Assembly: GCF_000186885.1 (NCBI RefSeq)
Contig: NC_014972.1
Coordinates: 3,060,001-3,092,000, forward strand
Reading direction: 5' to 3'
DNA: 32,000 nt
From: Desulfobulbus propionicus DSM 2032
GTDB taxonomy: Bacteria > Desulfobacterota > Desulfobulbia > Desulfobulbales > Desulfobulbaceae
In this document: positions 14,369 to 24,018 of the stretch, piece by piece
Numbering within the stretch: the first letter of the stretch is position 1
Layout of the letters: each line of letters opens with the position of its first letter
The notes under the pieces: generated by a model
Database searches by the model: none
Told to the model about the DNA's origin: nothing
What the model saw: only the letters and a program-made list of their open reading frames with translations
Program-made: the position numbers and the translations under genes

Positions 14369-17305
14369 ATGACACTGCGATCGAGAATTTTTCTTGCCTA
14401 TACAGTGTTTTTTCTCGTTCCGCTCTGTGTCGTGTTCGGCGGTGGCGGCTACCTGATAGCCTCCGCCCTCACCCACCGGGAGGAAGCGCGAGCGCAGGCC
14501 GACATGACCGTTGTCCGCCAGCTGGCGGAAACCGCCACCCAAACCGTTTTCACTCACACCCTGCGGACCACGGCCGAAAACATCCGCCTTGTTTGCCAAA
14601 CGCTGTTCCACCAACATCAATCAGGAAGGTTGACCCTGGACGAGGCCCAGCGGCTTGCGCTCGAGGCACTGGCGGCGCAGCGCGTCGGCCAGCAGGGCAC
14701 GGTGCTCTGCATCGACAGCCAGGGCATGCTCCTGCGGCATCCCGACACGACCAGGATCCGCACCCGCCTGGATGCCGCTGTTTTCAGTCGGCTGCAACAG
14801 CTGACCGCCGACGGCTACCTGGAGCACCAGCCCGGCGGTCAACCGCCGACAGCCCTTTACCGGGCCGCTTTCCCGCCCTGGGGCTGGACCATCCTCGCCA
14901 CCTGCGAACTGGGGGAGCGGCAGCGGATGCTGCCCCAGATCCTTGCCGCCGGCACACCCGCCACGGCCTTGCCGGTCGACGGCCGCCAATCGTTCCTCCT
15001 CTCGCCGAGCGGTGTATTCTGGCCGCCTCTCTTCCCCGAAGCCGCACCCACGCCGGAGCAGCGGCAAGCCCTCCTGTCCTTGGCCGAAACCATGCGTCGC
15101 CAACAAAACGGCCGGATTACCTGGACACCGCCAACAGCTCTCCAGGGCGAAGAGAAAACAATCCTCTTCCGCCACCAGCCCGACAACGACCTGCTCGCCG
15201 GCGTTGTTGTTCCGAGCGCGGCGTTGCGAGAACCGTTCGCCCAGTTCCGCCGCCTCGCGCTCTTTTTTCTGCTGCCGCTCGCGTTGGTAGCCCTCGGCCT
15301 GGCCCACTTGCTCGCCCGGCGACTTGCCGCGCCGCTTCGGCAGCTGGCCCGCGACCTGGACGCCAACGATCAAGACCAGCCCCCGCCATCCGCCGCCGAC
15401 GAAAGCACCGACGAGCTGGCCCACATCGTCATGGCCTGCGCGCGACTGCAGGCAGCCCTCGAACACCACCGCCGTCAGCTGGTCGAGGAACAAGAGGCCT
15501 GCATCCTTGTGCAACGGCAGCTGCATCAGGAAATAGCCAGCCGCAAGGAGATGGAACAAAAGCTGCTGGCCGAGAACGCCACCCGCAAAAGCGCCGAAAA
15601 CTACCTGCAGCTGTTCAAAAGCATCTTCGACAACGCCATCGAGGGCATCTACATCACCGACCCCGAGGGACGCATCCTGACCGTCAACCAATCGTTCTGC
15701 AAGATCACCGGATACCAGGATGCGGAAGTGATCGGCCGCAATCCGAGCATGCTCGGCTACGGCGATCAGGGCAAGGCATTCTACCAGGGCATGTGGCGCA
15801 ACCTCCGCACCATGGGCGCCTGGTCGGGCGAAGTGTGGAATCAGCGCAAGGACGGCACCGTCTGCCCGCAATGGCTCTCGATCAGCGTCATCCGAAACGA
15901 TCAGCAGCAGATCACCCATTATTTCGCCTTTTTCCACGACATCACCGAACTCAAGCGCCGGGAAAAGCAGATCTCGATCATGGCCTACAGCGACGCCCTG
16001 ACCAAGCTGCCCAACCGGGCGGCGCTGGAACGCCGCCTGACCAAGGCCATTGCCCGGGCCAGCCGCAACCACCTCAACTTGGCGGTGTTCTTTATCGACC
16101 TGGACAATTTTAAAAATATCAACGACACCCTGGGCCATGACAAGGGCGACCAGGTCCTGATCGAGGTGGCCGATCGTCTGTCCGGAACCATCCGCAGCGA
16201 GGACACCCTGTCGCGGCTGGGTGGCGACGAATTCATCCTGCTGAGCGAAAGCATCGACAACGAGCAGGCGGTCTACACCCTGGCCAGCCGCATCCTGGCC
16301 TCGCTCAAGCAGCCGATCCAGCTCACGCCCCACACCATCTACATCAACGCCAGCATCGGTATCGCCCTTTTCCCCGAGGACGGCCAAACCACCCAGGAAC
16401 TGATCAAAAACGCCGACATGGCCATGTACAAGGCCAAGAGCGAAGGCAAGAACACCTTTGTCCTGTTCACCCGGGAGATGAACGAAAAGCTGCTCAACCG
16501 GGTCCGCACCGAAAATGCCATCCGCGCCGGACTGAAAAAACGGGAGTTCTCAGTCTTCTATCAGCCGAAAATCGATCTCGCCAGTGAACGGCCCACCTCG
16601 TTCGAGGCCCTGGCCCGCTGGCACCGCAACGGCGTCGTCATCGGCCCGGACCAGTTCATCCCCATCGCCGAGGAATCGGGCCTGATCGACGAGATGAGCC
16701 TCTACGTCCTGGACGAGGTCTGCCTGTTCCTCGGCAAGCTGCAGGGCCACAACCTACGCATGCTGCCGATCAGCGTCAACATGTCGCCCCGGACCTTCAA
16801 CAACGTGCAGATCGTCGAAACCATCGACGCCATCCTCGGCTCGCACCACATCGATCACCGGCTGATCGAGTTCGAGATCACCGAGACCACGGCCATGAAG
16901 GACGTCCAGCACACCCTGGCCACCATGCACCGTTTCCGCCAGCGGGGCATCCGTTTTTCGATCGATGATTTCGGCACCGGCTACTCCTCGCTCAGCCATC
17001 TCAGCGAAATGCCGGTGTCGACCCTGAAAATTGACAAGCGGTTCATCGGCGCCGATGACCCCAACAGCCGCAGCATCGTCTCCACCATCACCGCCATGTC
17101 CAAGCAGATGCAGCTCAAGGTGGTGGCCGAGGGCGTGGAAACCAGCAATCAATTGCAGTGGCTGCGACAAATCGGTTGCAATGAGGTGCAGGGGTTTTAT
17201 TATTCCCGGCCGATGCCCGAGGAGGAAACCCTGCACTACCTGCAGCTCCGCGCCGACTCACCGTCCCAGGATACCACAGCCGTCCAGTCCGTCACCATCC
17301 ATTAG
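14369..17305 (+). CDS. Membrane-bound PAS-GGDEF-EAL protein (diguanylate cyclase/phosphodiesterase) with periplasmic sensor and HAMP-like region
   Basis: [12 protein letters not shown] with upstream I-site RSED; EAL domain motifs [44 protein letters not shown], all intact; two TM segments; PAS ...[27 protein letters not shown]. Confidence 0.93.
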   Translation: MTLRSRIFLAYTVFFLVPLCVVFGGGGYLIASALTHREEARAQADMTVVRQLAETATQTVFTHTLRTTAENIRLVCQTLFHQHQSGRLTLDEAQRLALEALAAQRVGQQGTVLCIDSQGMLLRHPDTTRIRTRLDAAVFSRLQQLTADGYLEHQPGGQPPTALYRAAFPPWGWTILATCELGERQRMLPQILAAGTPATALPVDGRQSFLLSPSGVFWPPLFPEAAPTPEQRQALLSLAETMRRQQNGRITWTPPTALQGEEKTILFRHQPDNDLLAGVVVPSAALREPFAQFRRLALFFLLPLALVALGLAHLLARRLAAPLRQLARDLDANDQDQPPPSAADESTDELAHIVMACARLQAALEHHRRQLVEEQEACILVQRQLHQEIASRKEMEQKLLAENATRKSAENYLQLFKSIFDNAIEGIYITDPEGRILTVNQSFCKITGYQDAEVIGRNPSMLGYGDQGKAFYQGMWRNLRTMGAWSGEVWNQRKDGTVCPQWLSISVIRNDQQQITHYFAFFHDITELKRREKQISIMAYSDALTKLPNRAALERRLTKAIARASRNHLNLAVFFIDLDNFKNINDTLGHDKGDQVLIEVADRLSGTIRSEDTLSRLGGDEFILLSESIDNEQAVYTLASRILASLKQPIQLTPHTIYINASIGIALFPEDGQTTQELIKNADMAMYKAKSEGKNTFVLFTREMNEKLLNRVRTENAIRAGLKKREFSVFYQPKIDLASERPTSFEALARWHRNGVVIGPDQFIPIAEESGLIDEMSLYVLDEVCLFLGKLQGHNLRMLPISVNMSPRTFNNVQIVETIDAILGSHHIDHRLIEFEITETTAMKDVQHTLATMHRFRQRGIRFSIDDFGTGYSSLSHLSEMPVSTLKIDKRFIGADDPNSRSIVSTITAMSKQMQLKVVAEGVETSNQLQWLRQIGCNEVQGFYYSRPMPEEETLHYLQLRADSPSQDTTAVQSVTIH

Positions 17306-17309
17306 CCGC

Positions 17310-18605
17310 ATGTCCCTTACCACTCGTTCCGTCCCTGTTGCCGCCGCGATGACGGTCTGTCCCGATTGCGGCCTGATCCTGCGCTCACCCAGGCTGCGCC
17401 CCCATCTGGTGGCGGTCTGCCCGCGCTGCGCCCAGGCGCTGCGCCGCTACAGGCACAATCCTGTCCAGAAGGGGCTGGCCCTGAGCCTGACCGGCCTGCT
17501 GCTCTATCTGCCGGCCAACCTGCTGCCGCTGATGACCTTCTCGGTGCTCGGCATCGAGAGCCGCGGCTCCATTGTCCAGGCCTGCGGACACATGTTCGCC
17601 TCCGGCCAGTCTTTCATCGGCCTGATCGTGGCCCTGACCACCCTGGTCTTTCCGCTGGCCATTCTCTCCGGGCTGCTGCTGATCACCCTGGGGCTGTCGC
17701 GACAGCGCAAGGCGGCCTGGATGCCGGCCCTGTTCCGCAGCTATCACCATCTGACCGAGTGGGCGATGACCGATGTCTTTCTTGTCGGGGTGCTGATCAC
17801 GATCATCAAGATGTCCCACATGGCCGCCGTCACCCTCAACCCCGGATTTTTCTGCCTGGTCGGCCTGGTGGTCACCACTGTGGCCGCGCAGACGGTGATC
17901 GATCCGCCGCTGTTCTGGTCACGGATGGAGGAGCAGGAACCGCAGCCCAGCCCCCTGCAAACACCTGCGGACGGCACCGAGCCGCAACCCGCCGATCTGC
18001 TTGCCTGCCACGGCTGCCACAAGCTGCTGCCCGCCGATTATCCGCAGCAAAGCGGCCGCCACCGTTGTCCGCGCTGCGGCCACACGCTGCATCCGCGCAA
18101 GCCCAACAGCATCAACCGCACCTGGGCTCTCTTGGCCACCGCCGCCATCCTCACCCTGCCGGCCAATCTGCTGCCGATCATGGAGGTCGATTATTTCGGC
18201 GTGCCCGATCGTTCGACCATCATGGACGGCATCATCTACTTTTTTCAGGAGGGCTCCTACGGCATCGGCCTGGTGATTTTCGTCGCCTCGGTGCTGGTGC
18301 CGCTGTTCAAGATCGTCGGCCTGGTGATCATTCTCCTGTCCATCCGCTACCGCTGGCAGAGCTGGCTGCGGCACAAGGCCATCATGTTCCGGGCCATCGA
18401 ATTCATCGGCCGCTGGTCGATGCTCGATATCTTCGTCATCACCCTGCTCTGCTCGCTGGCCCAGTTCGGCTTTCTCTCGACCATCAGCGCCGCGCCGGCC
18501 GCCCTGTATTTCACCGGCGTCGTCCTTTCCACCATGTTCGCGGCCCTGAGCTTCGATCCCCGGCTTCTCTGGGATGCGGCCGCCGCCACCGAAACCCGTC
18601 AGTAA
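17310..18605 (+). CDS. letA: PqiA/LetA (YebS) family inner-membrane protein
   Basis: Two zinc-ribbon-like elements (CPDCG...CPRC; CHGC...CPRCG) each followed by TM bundles; ATG at 17310 in frame with tracked ORF. Confidence 0.85.
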   Translation: MSLTTRSVPVAAAMTVCPDCGLILRSPRLRPHLVAVCPRCAQALRRYRHNPVQKGLALSLTGLLLYLPANLLPLMTFSVLGIESRGSIVQACGHMFASGQSFIGLIVALTTLVFPLAILSGLLLITLGLSRQRKAAWMPALFRSYHHLTEWAMTDVFLVGVLITIIKMSHMAAVTLNPGFFCLVGLVVTTVAAQTVIDPPLFWSRMEEQEPQPSPLQTPADGTEPQPADLLACHGCHKLLPADYPQQSGRHRCPRCGHTLHPRKPNSINRTWALLATAAILTLPANLLPIMEVDYFGVPDRSTIMDGIIYFFQEGSYGIGLVIFVASVLVPLFKIVGLVIILLSIRYRWQSWLRHKAIMFRAIEFIGRWSMLDIFVITLLCSLAQFGFLSTISAAPAALYFTGVVLSTMFAALSFDPRLLWDAAAATETRQ

Positions 18606-18608
18606 CCC

Positions 18609-21323
18609 ATGGAAAAACCTGTTATTCGTCGTCGGCGCAGTGTCTCCCCCATCTGGATCCTGCCGCTGGTCGCCCTGTGCATCGGCGCCTGGCTGCTCCA
18701 CACCAGCATGAAGGAGGCCGGCATCGACATCTATGTCCATTTTGAGGACGCCACCGGCATCACCCCCGGCAAGACCAAGGTCATCGTCCGCGGCATTCCC
18801 GTGGGCACGGTCAAAAAATTGAATATCGACGAAGGGATGAAAGGCGTCAACCTGGTGATCAACATGGACAACCAGGTCCGTTTCGCCTTGGTGGAAGACA
18901 CCGCCTTCTGGATCGTCAAGCCCGAGGTGTCGGCCGGACGGATCAGCGGCCTCGACACCCTGTTCGGCGGTTCGTACATCGGCATGCGTCAGGGCAAATC
19001 CACCACCCTGGCCAATCATTTTCAGGGCTTGCCCGAACAGCCCTCGGTCGACAGCACCACCCCGGGCCTACACATCACCCTGGAAACCGACACCCTCTAC
19101 TCGTTGCAGCGCGGTTCCAACATCTACAGCAAAAACCTGCAGATCGGCTACGTGGAGGATTACCTGCTCCAGGACAACGGCACCATCCTGGTCAAGGCCT
19201 TCATCGAGGAACGGTTCGCCCACTTGATCCACACCGGCACCCGCTTCTGGAACGCCAGCGGCCTCAGCCTGACCGGCGACGTGCAGAGCGGCCTGAGCGT
19301 CAGCGTCGAGTCGCTGGCCTCGCTGATCTACGGCGGCATTACCTGCGACACGCCGCCGTCCCTGGAAACCACGGAACCGGCCACCAACAGCAGCACCTTC
19401 AAGCTGTACAAGGACTTCGAGGACGCCGAGTACGGCATCACCGCCACCCTGCAGCTGGCCACCGGCGAGGGCATTGTCGCCGGCAAGACCAAGGTGCTGT
19501 ACCGGGGATTGAAAACCGGGGTGGTCAAGACCATCGACATCAACGACGACCAGTTCCACACGGTCACCGCCACCCTGCTGCTCGACCCGCGGGCGGAAGC
19601 CATTCTCAAGGAGACGACCCGCTTCTGGATCGTCCGCCCCCAGGTGCAGATCACCGGGGTCAAGAATCTGGAAACCGTGCTCACCGGCCCCTACATCACC
19701 TTCGAGATCGGCGAGGGCAAGCGGCGCGATACCTTTGTCGAGGAATCCAGCCCCATGGTCGCCTCGGCCACCCGGCCGGGTATCGCCTTTACCCTGGTGG
19801 CCCCGGACAGCGGCGGACTGACGGTGGGCGCCCCGGTGCTCTACAAGCAGATCACGGTCGGCGAGATCACCGGACTGGCGCTCGCCCCCAAGGGTGAGCA
19901 GGTGCTGGTGCGGGTACTGATCCACGAACCCCACGCCGATCTGGTCACCAAAAAATCCGTGTTCTGGAACGGCGGCGGGGTCAAGATCGATGCCAGCCTC
20001 AGCCGTCTTCAGGTCAACATGGGCTCGGTCCAGTCGCTGCTTGCCGGCGGCGTCGCCTTCGCCAATCCGCCGCTCAAGTCGCGTCCGCCGGCGGCCGAGG
20101 CGGAAAGCCGCTTCACCCTGCACGGGTCCTACGGCGAGGCCCTCAAGGCCGTGCCCGAGCTGGAGCTCAAGGGGCTGCGACTGCAACTGCGCACCGCCAA
20201 GGCACCGCCACTCAACGCCGGGGCGCCGGTGCTCTACAACAACATCCGGGTGGGCGAGATTTTGGGCTTTGACCTGGCCCAGAACCGGCAGGACACGGTC
20301 ATCCAGGTGCTGATCAAGGACCACTACCGCGACCTGGTCACCGGAACCTCGCGCTTCTATACCTACTCCGGGGTCACGGTCAACGCCTCGCTCCAGGGGG
20401 TCAACCTGGAAACCGCGCCGTTCGACGCCCTGCTCAACGGCGGCATCGCCTTCTTCACCGAGGGCAAGGGGGAACCGGCTCGTGCCGACCAGACCTTTCC
20501 GCTGTTTGCCTCGCAGCAGGAAGCGCTCAATGCCGACGCCCTGCGCCTGACCCTTCATTTCCCGAGCGGCGAGGGCTTGGCCACGGCCACCGAGATCCGC
20601 TACCAGGGCATCACCATCGGCAAGGTGACTGATCTCAGCCTCGACCCGGCCAGCGGCGATATCCGCGGCGAAGCCAGCGTCGACCGGGAGATGGCGCGCC
20701 TGTTCCGCAAGTCCACCACCCTGCGCCTGGTGCGCCCCGAGGTCAGCCTCGCCGGGGTCAGTCATCTGGAAGCGGTAATCACCGGCGCCTTCATCGATGT
20801 CCGGACCGGGATGGGGGCACTGCAGACGGAATTCTCCGTCCTCCCCTTGGCCGAGGATACCTTCAAACCGGCCACCGGCCTGAACATCGTGCTCGAAACC
20901 GCCACCCTCGGCTCGCTCAAGCAGGGCAGTCCGGTCTACTATCGCCAGATCAAGGTCGGCCGGGTCACCGGCTACCGGCTGTCGCCCACGGCCCAACAGG
21001 TTTGGCTGGAGGTCAACATTGAACCGGACTACACCAAGCTGATCTATTCCGGCACCCGGTTCTACAACGCCAGCGGCATCAAGGTCAGCGGCAGCGTGCT
21101 CAGCGGCATGACCATGCGCACCGAATCCATGGAATCGGTGCTGGCCGGCGGCATCGGCCTGGCCACCCCCGAGGGCACGGAGATGGGGCCGCCCGCCTAT
21201 CCGGGCCAGCATTTTCAGGTCAGCGAAACCGTGGACGAGGCGTGGCTCAAGTGGCAGCCGCCGCTGCCGCCGATGGTCGACAAAGCCGACAAAAAATCAG
21301 CCCCCGTCAAGAAGGGATCGTGA
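18609..21323 (+). CDS. letB: Multi-MCE-domain protein, LetB (YebT)-like; seven MCE-like repeats by eye
   Basis: N-terminal TM (WILPLVALCIGAWLLH) followed by repeated 'G.V..L' MCE cores: RGIPVGTVKKL, KNLQIGYVEDY, RGLKTGVVKTI, KQITVGEITGL, NNIRVGEILGF, QGITIGKVTDL, RQIKVGRVTGY. Confidence 0.85.
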   Translation: MEKPVIRRRRSVSPIWILPLVALCIGAWLLHTSMKEAGIDIYVHFEDATGITPGKTKVIVRGIPVGTVKKLNIDEGMKGVNLVINMDNQVRFALVEDTAFWIVKPEVSAGRISGLDTLFGGSYIGMRQGKSTTLANHFQGLPEQPSVDSTTPGLHITLETDTLYSLQRGSNIYSKNLQIGYVEDYLLQDNGTILVKAFIEERFAHLIHTGTRFWNASGLSLTGDVQSGLSVSVESLASLIYGGITCDTPPSLETTEPATNSSTFKLYKDFEDAEYGITATLQLATGEGIVAGKTKVLYRGLKTGVVKTIDINDDQFHTVTATLLLDPRAEAILKETTRFWIVRPQVQITGVKNLETVLTGPYITFEIGEGKRRDTFVEESSPMVASATRPGIAFTLVAPDSGGLTVGAPVLYKQITVGEITGLALAPKGEQVLVRVLIHEPHADLVTKKSVFWNGGGVKIDASLSRLQVNMGSVQSLLAGGVAFANPPLKSRPPAAEAESRFTLHGSYGEALKAVPELELKGLRLQLRTAKAPPLNAGAPVLYNNIRVGEILGFDLAQNRQDTVIQVLIKDHYRDLVTGTSRFYTYSGVTVNASLQGVNLETAPFDALLNGGIAFFTEGKGEPARADQTFPLFASQQEALNADALRLTLHFPSGEGLATATEIRYQGITIGKVTDLSLDPASGDIRGEASVDREMARLFRKSTTLRLVRPEVSLAGVSHLEAVITGAFIDVRTGMGALQTEFSVLPLAEDTFKPATGLNIVLETATLGSLKQGSPVYYRQIKVGRVTGYRLSPTAQQVWLEVNIEPDYTKLIYSGTRFYNASGIKVSGSVLSGMTMRTESMESVLAGGIGLATPEGTEMGPPAYPGQHFQVSETVDEAWLKWQPPLPPMVDKADKKSAPVKKGS

Positions 21324-21330
21324 GGCGCCC

Positions 21331-21999
21331 ATGCCGCTTGTCAATCTGCTGTTCGACCTCGATGGCACCCTGACCGACCCCAAGCTCGGCATCAGCCGGT
21401 GCATCCAGCACGCCCTGAGCGAACTCGGCGTCGACCCTCCCCCGGCGGACGACCTGGAATGGTGCATCGGCCCGCCGCTGCGCCACTCCTTCGCCAAGCT
21501 GCTCGACTCGACCGATGATGGCCTGCTGGAGCAGGCGGTCTTGTTCTACCGGCAACGGTTCGCCGAGGTCGGCCTGTTCGAAAACGCCGTCTATCACGGG
21601 ATTCCCGAAGCCCTGGCCGGGCTGAACGCCGCGGGCTTCCGTCTGTTCCTCGCCACTTCCAAACCGCGCGTCTACGCGGAACGTATCCTGGCGCATTTCG
21701 GCCTGGCCGTCTATTTCGAAACCGCCCACGGCAGCGAACTCAGCGGCGCCCTCACCGACAAGCCGTCGCTGGTGCGGCACATTCTCGCCACCGAGGGGTT
21801 GCGGCCCGACCAGACCCTGATCGTCGGCGACCGCAAGTACGACATCATCGGCGGCAAAACCAACCACATCGGCACCGGCGCGGTGACCTACGGCTACGGC
21901 ACCCTCGACGAGTTGACGGCCAGCGCCCCCGATGTTCTGGTCGATGCGCCCGACCATCTGCCGCTGGTGATGGACAGCCTGCGGCAGCGGCACCGATAA
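21331..21999 (+). CDS. HAD-superfamily hydrolase, phosphoglycolate phosphatase-like
   Basis: LLFDLDGTLTDPKLGISRC; LFLATSKPRVYAERIL; LIVGDRKYDIIGGKTN. Confidence 0.88.
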   Translation: MPLVNLLFDLDGTLTDPKLGISRCIQHALSELGVDPPPADDLEWCIGPPLRHSFAKLLDSTDDGLLEQAVLFYRQRFAEVGLFENAVYHGIPEALAGLNAAGFRLFLATSKPRVYAERILAHFGLAVYFETAHGSELSGALTDKPSLVRHILATEGLRPDQTLIVGDRKYDIIGGKTNHIGTGAVTYGYGTLDELTASAPDVLVDAPDHLPLVMDSLRQRHR

Positions 22000-22017
22000 C
22001 TTCGCCGCCACGGCCGC

Positions 22018-22797
22018 TCAACGCTGCCAGTCGAGCACGGCGGTGATCGGATAGTGGTCCGAGGGAAAAAGGTGCCCGTGGCATGAACGGTCGATCCGCG
22101 CCTCGGTCACCCGGAAATGGCTGGAGACGAGAATCCAGTCAATGGCCGCCTGCTCCTCCGGCCGGCCAAAGGCGTGAAAGGTGCTCTCGTTCCCGCCCTG
22201 CGGCGCAACCTGACGCAAGGCGTCGAGCAAATTCCCTCCATCAGTCAGTAACCGATAGGCATCGGAGCGTTTATCGGCGTTAAAGTCGCCGGTGACGATG
22301 CACGGCATCTCCCGGCAATGCCTGTCCAACCACTGCCGCAGGCACCGGGCGTCGCCGTCGATGGCCGAGGGCTCGTAATCGAAGTGGGTGTTGGCGTAGA
22401 GAAGCGTCTTGCCGGTCCCGCGACAGGCCAGTCGGACCCAGCTCACCGTCCGCGGGTAGTTGCTCCCCCAGCTCATGCTGCCGGGATCATCCGGGCTTTC
22501 GCTCAACCAGAAACAGCCGCTGTCGAGCAACGTGAAGGCCGAGCGACGAAACAGCAGGGGCGCCATCTCTAGGGCCGTGTCGCCTGGACCTTGCCGATGA
22601 ACGCCCCAAAAATGGTACTCCGGCAGGCAGGCACGGACAAACTCGGCCTGGCCATCGTCGCGGCACTCCTGGAGCCCGAGCAGATCGGGGCCAAAGGCCC
22701 GAATCCTGTCCAAGGCGAAATGCTTGCGCCTGTTCCAGTGGTTGTCCCCGTCGTCAGCCAGGCCATAACGAATATTGAAACTCATCACCCTGATCAT
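22018..22797 (-). CDS. Endonuclease/exonuclease/phosphatase family protein
   Basis: MSFNIRYG...LLGLQECR...NTHFDY...VTGDFNADKRSDAY...IDWILVS...SDHYPI. Confidence 0.9.
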   Translation of the reverse strand: MIRVMSFNIRYGLADDGDNHWNRRKHFALDRIRAFGPDLLGLQECRDDGQAEFVRACLPEYHFWGVHRQGPGDTALEMAPLLFRRSAFTLLDSGCFWLSESPDDPGSMSWGSNYPRTVSWVRLACRGTGKTLLYANTHFDYEPSAIDGDARCLRQWLDRHCREMPCIVTGDFNADKRSDAYRLLTDGGNLLDALRQVAPQGGNESTFHAFGRPEEQAAIDWILVSSHFRVTEARIDRSCHGHLFPSDHYPITAVLDWQR

Positions 22798-22812
22798 GGC
22801 CAGGATGCCCGC

Positions 22813-23994
22813 TCAGGCCGCCAGATCCCTGGCCCGGTCGAGGATGGCGCGTATGCCCGCCATCTGCTCAGTCCGGCCCAGGTCGGGAATGAATCCCTGC
22901 TCCACGCAGTCGCGGTAGCTCCATTCCGGGGTGGTCTCGGTGCGGTAGGTCCAGAAGAACCAGCCGGCGTATTTCTCGAAGGTCAGCAGTTGGGCCGAAG
23001 CGTAGCCGCGATAGGCCGCGGCCATCTGAAACTCGTCCATGGCCTCCAGGGCATGGTTGAAGGGGCCTTCCGCCCATAGCGACACCACTTTCAGATCCAA
23101 CCCCAGACTCCATTCGCCGCAGTAGACCTGATAACCTGACTCGCGGATGATCTCGTCCGCCTCAAGGCGCAAATCCACGGCGCTCTTGCGGATGTGCCCG
23201 AAAATATCCATGTCGATGTCGTCGCGGGCAAAGCACTGATAGCGATGGATGTCGATGGCCACATTACGGAACGCCGGTTCCTGGAGAAATCCGGCATATT
23301 CGCGGAAATCGCGGAAGCCGTCGTGGAACACCACCGTGGTCCGCTCGGGCGGGCAGTGGCGGCGGATGCGCTGATAGGCCTCCAGGGTATAGCGCTTGAG
23401 CAGCTCGGTGGGGATGTCCCAGCGTGGTTCGTTGAGCGCCTGGATGCCATGCAGCGCCGGGTGTTCGCCGTAGCGCTCGGCCAGCCGTTCCAGCACATCC
23501 AGGGAGTGTTCGATATATTCCTCCTTGGTGTGCCACTCGCACACGCCGAGGATGCCGCCGTTGTCGAAGCCGTTCTGGCAGCCGGGCGCGGCATGGAGAT
23601 CCAGGACCACCCGCAAGCCGAATTCCCCGGCCCATTCGAACACCTTGTCGACGATGTCCAACCCGCCCACCACGAAGGGATGGCGTGCCTCGCCGTAACT
23701 GCGGTGATAGGGATAGTCCTTGCCGAACAGCCAGTGGCCGAACGGCAACCGTACCGCGTTGACGCCGGCGCGGCGCAACCAGGCGAAGTCGTCGCGGGTG
23801 ATGAAGGTGTTCCAGTGCTGGTGTAGGCGCCGGGTGGCCTCGGCCTCGCCCAGCTCGACACAGTACGAGGTTTCATCGGTGGCCTTGAGCCCCGCGAACA
23901 GGCTGGGGGTGATCCATTTCTCCAGCACCAGCCAGCCGCCGAGATTGACGCCGCGCAGTTTGTCGCCGTTTTCGTGAACCGTTGGAGTTGTCAT
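22813..23994 (-). CDS. Glycoside hydrolase family 5 (exo-1,3-beta-glucanase-like)
   Basis: GVNLGGWLVLEKWITPSLF, RLPFGHWLF, QALNEPRWD (acid/base), YCGEWSLGL (nucleophile), FWTYRTE. Confidence 0.87.
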   Translation of the reverse strand: MTTPTVHENGDKLRGVNLGGWLVLEKWITPSLFAGLKATDETSYCVELGEAEATRRLHQHWNTFITRDDFAWLRRAGVNAVRLPFGHWLFGKDYPYHRSYGEARHPFVVGGLDIVDKVFEWAGEFGLRVVLDLHAAPGCQNGFDNGGILGVCEWHTKEEYIEHSLDVLERLAERYGEHPALHGIQALNEPRWDIPTELLKRYTLEAYQRIRRHCPPERTTVVFHDGFRDFREYAGFLQEPAFRNVAIDIHRYQCFARDDIDMDIFGHIRKSAVDLRLEADEIIRESGYQVYCGEWSLGLDLKVVSLWAEGPFNHALEAMDEFQMAAAYRGYASAQLLTFEKYAGWFFWTYRTETTPEWSYRDCVEQGFIPDLGRTEQMAGIRAILDRARDLAA

Positions 23995-24018
23995 GGGGGT
24001 TGCTCCTGAGGGTGTTTG

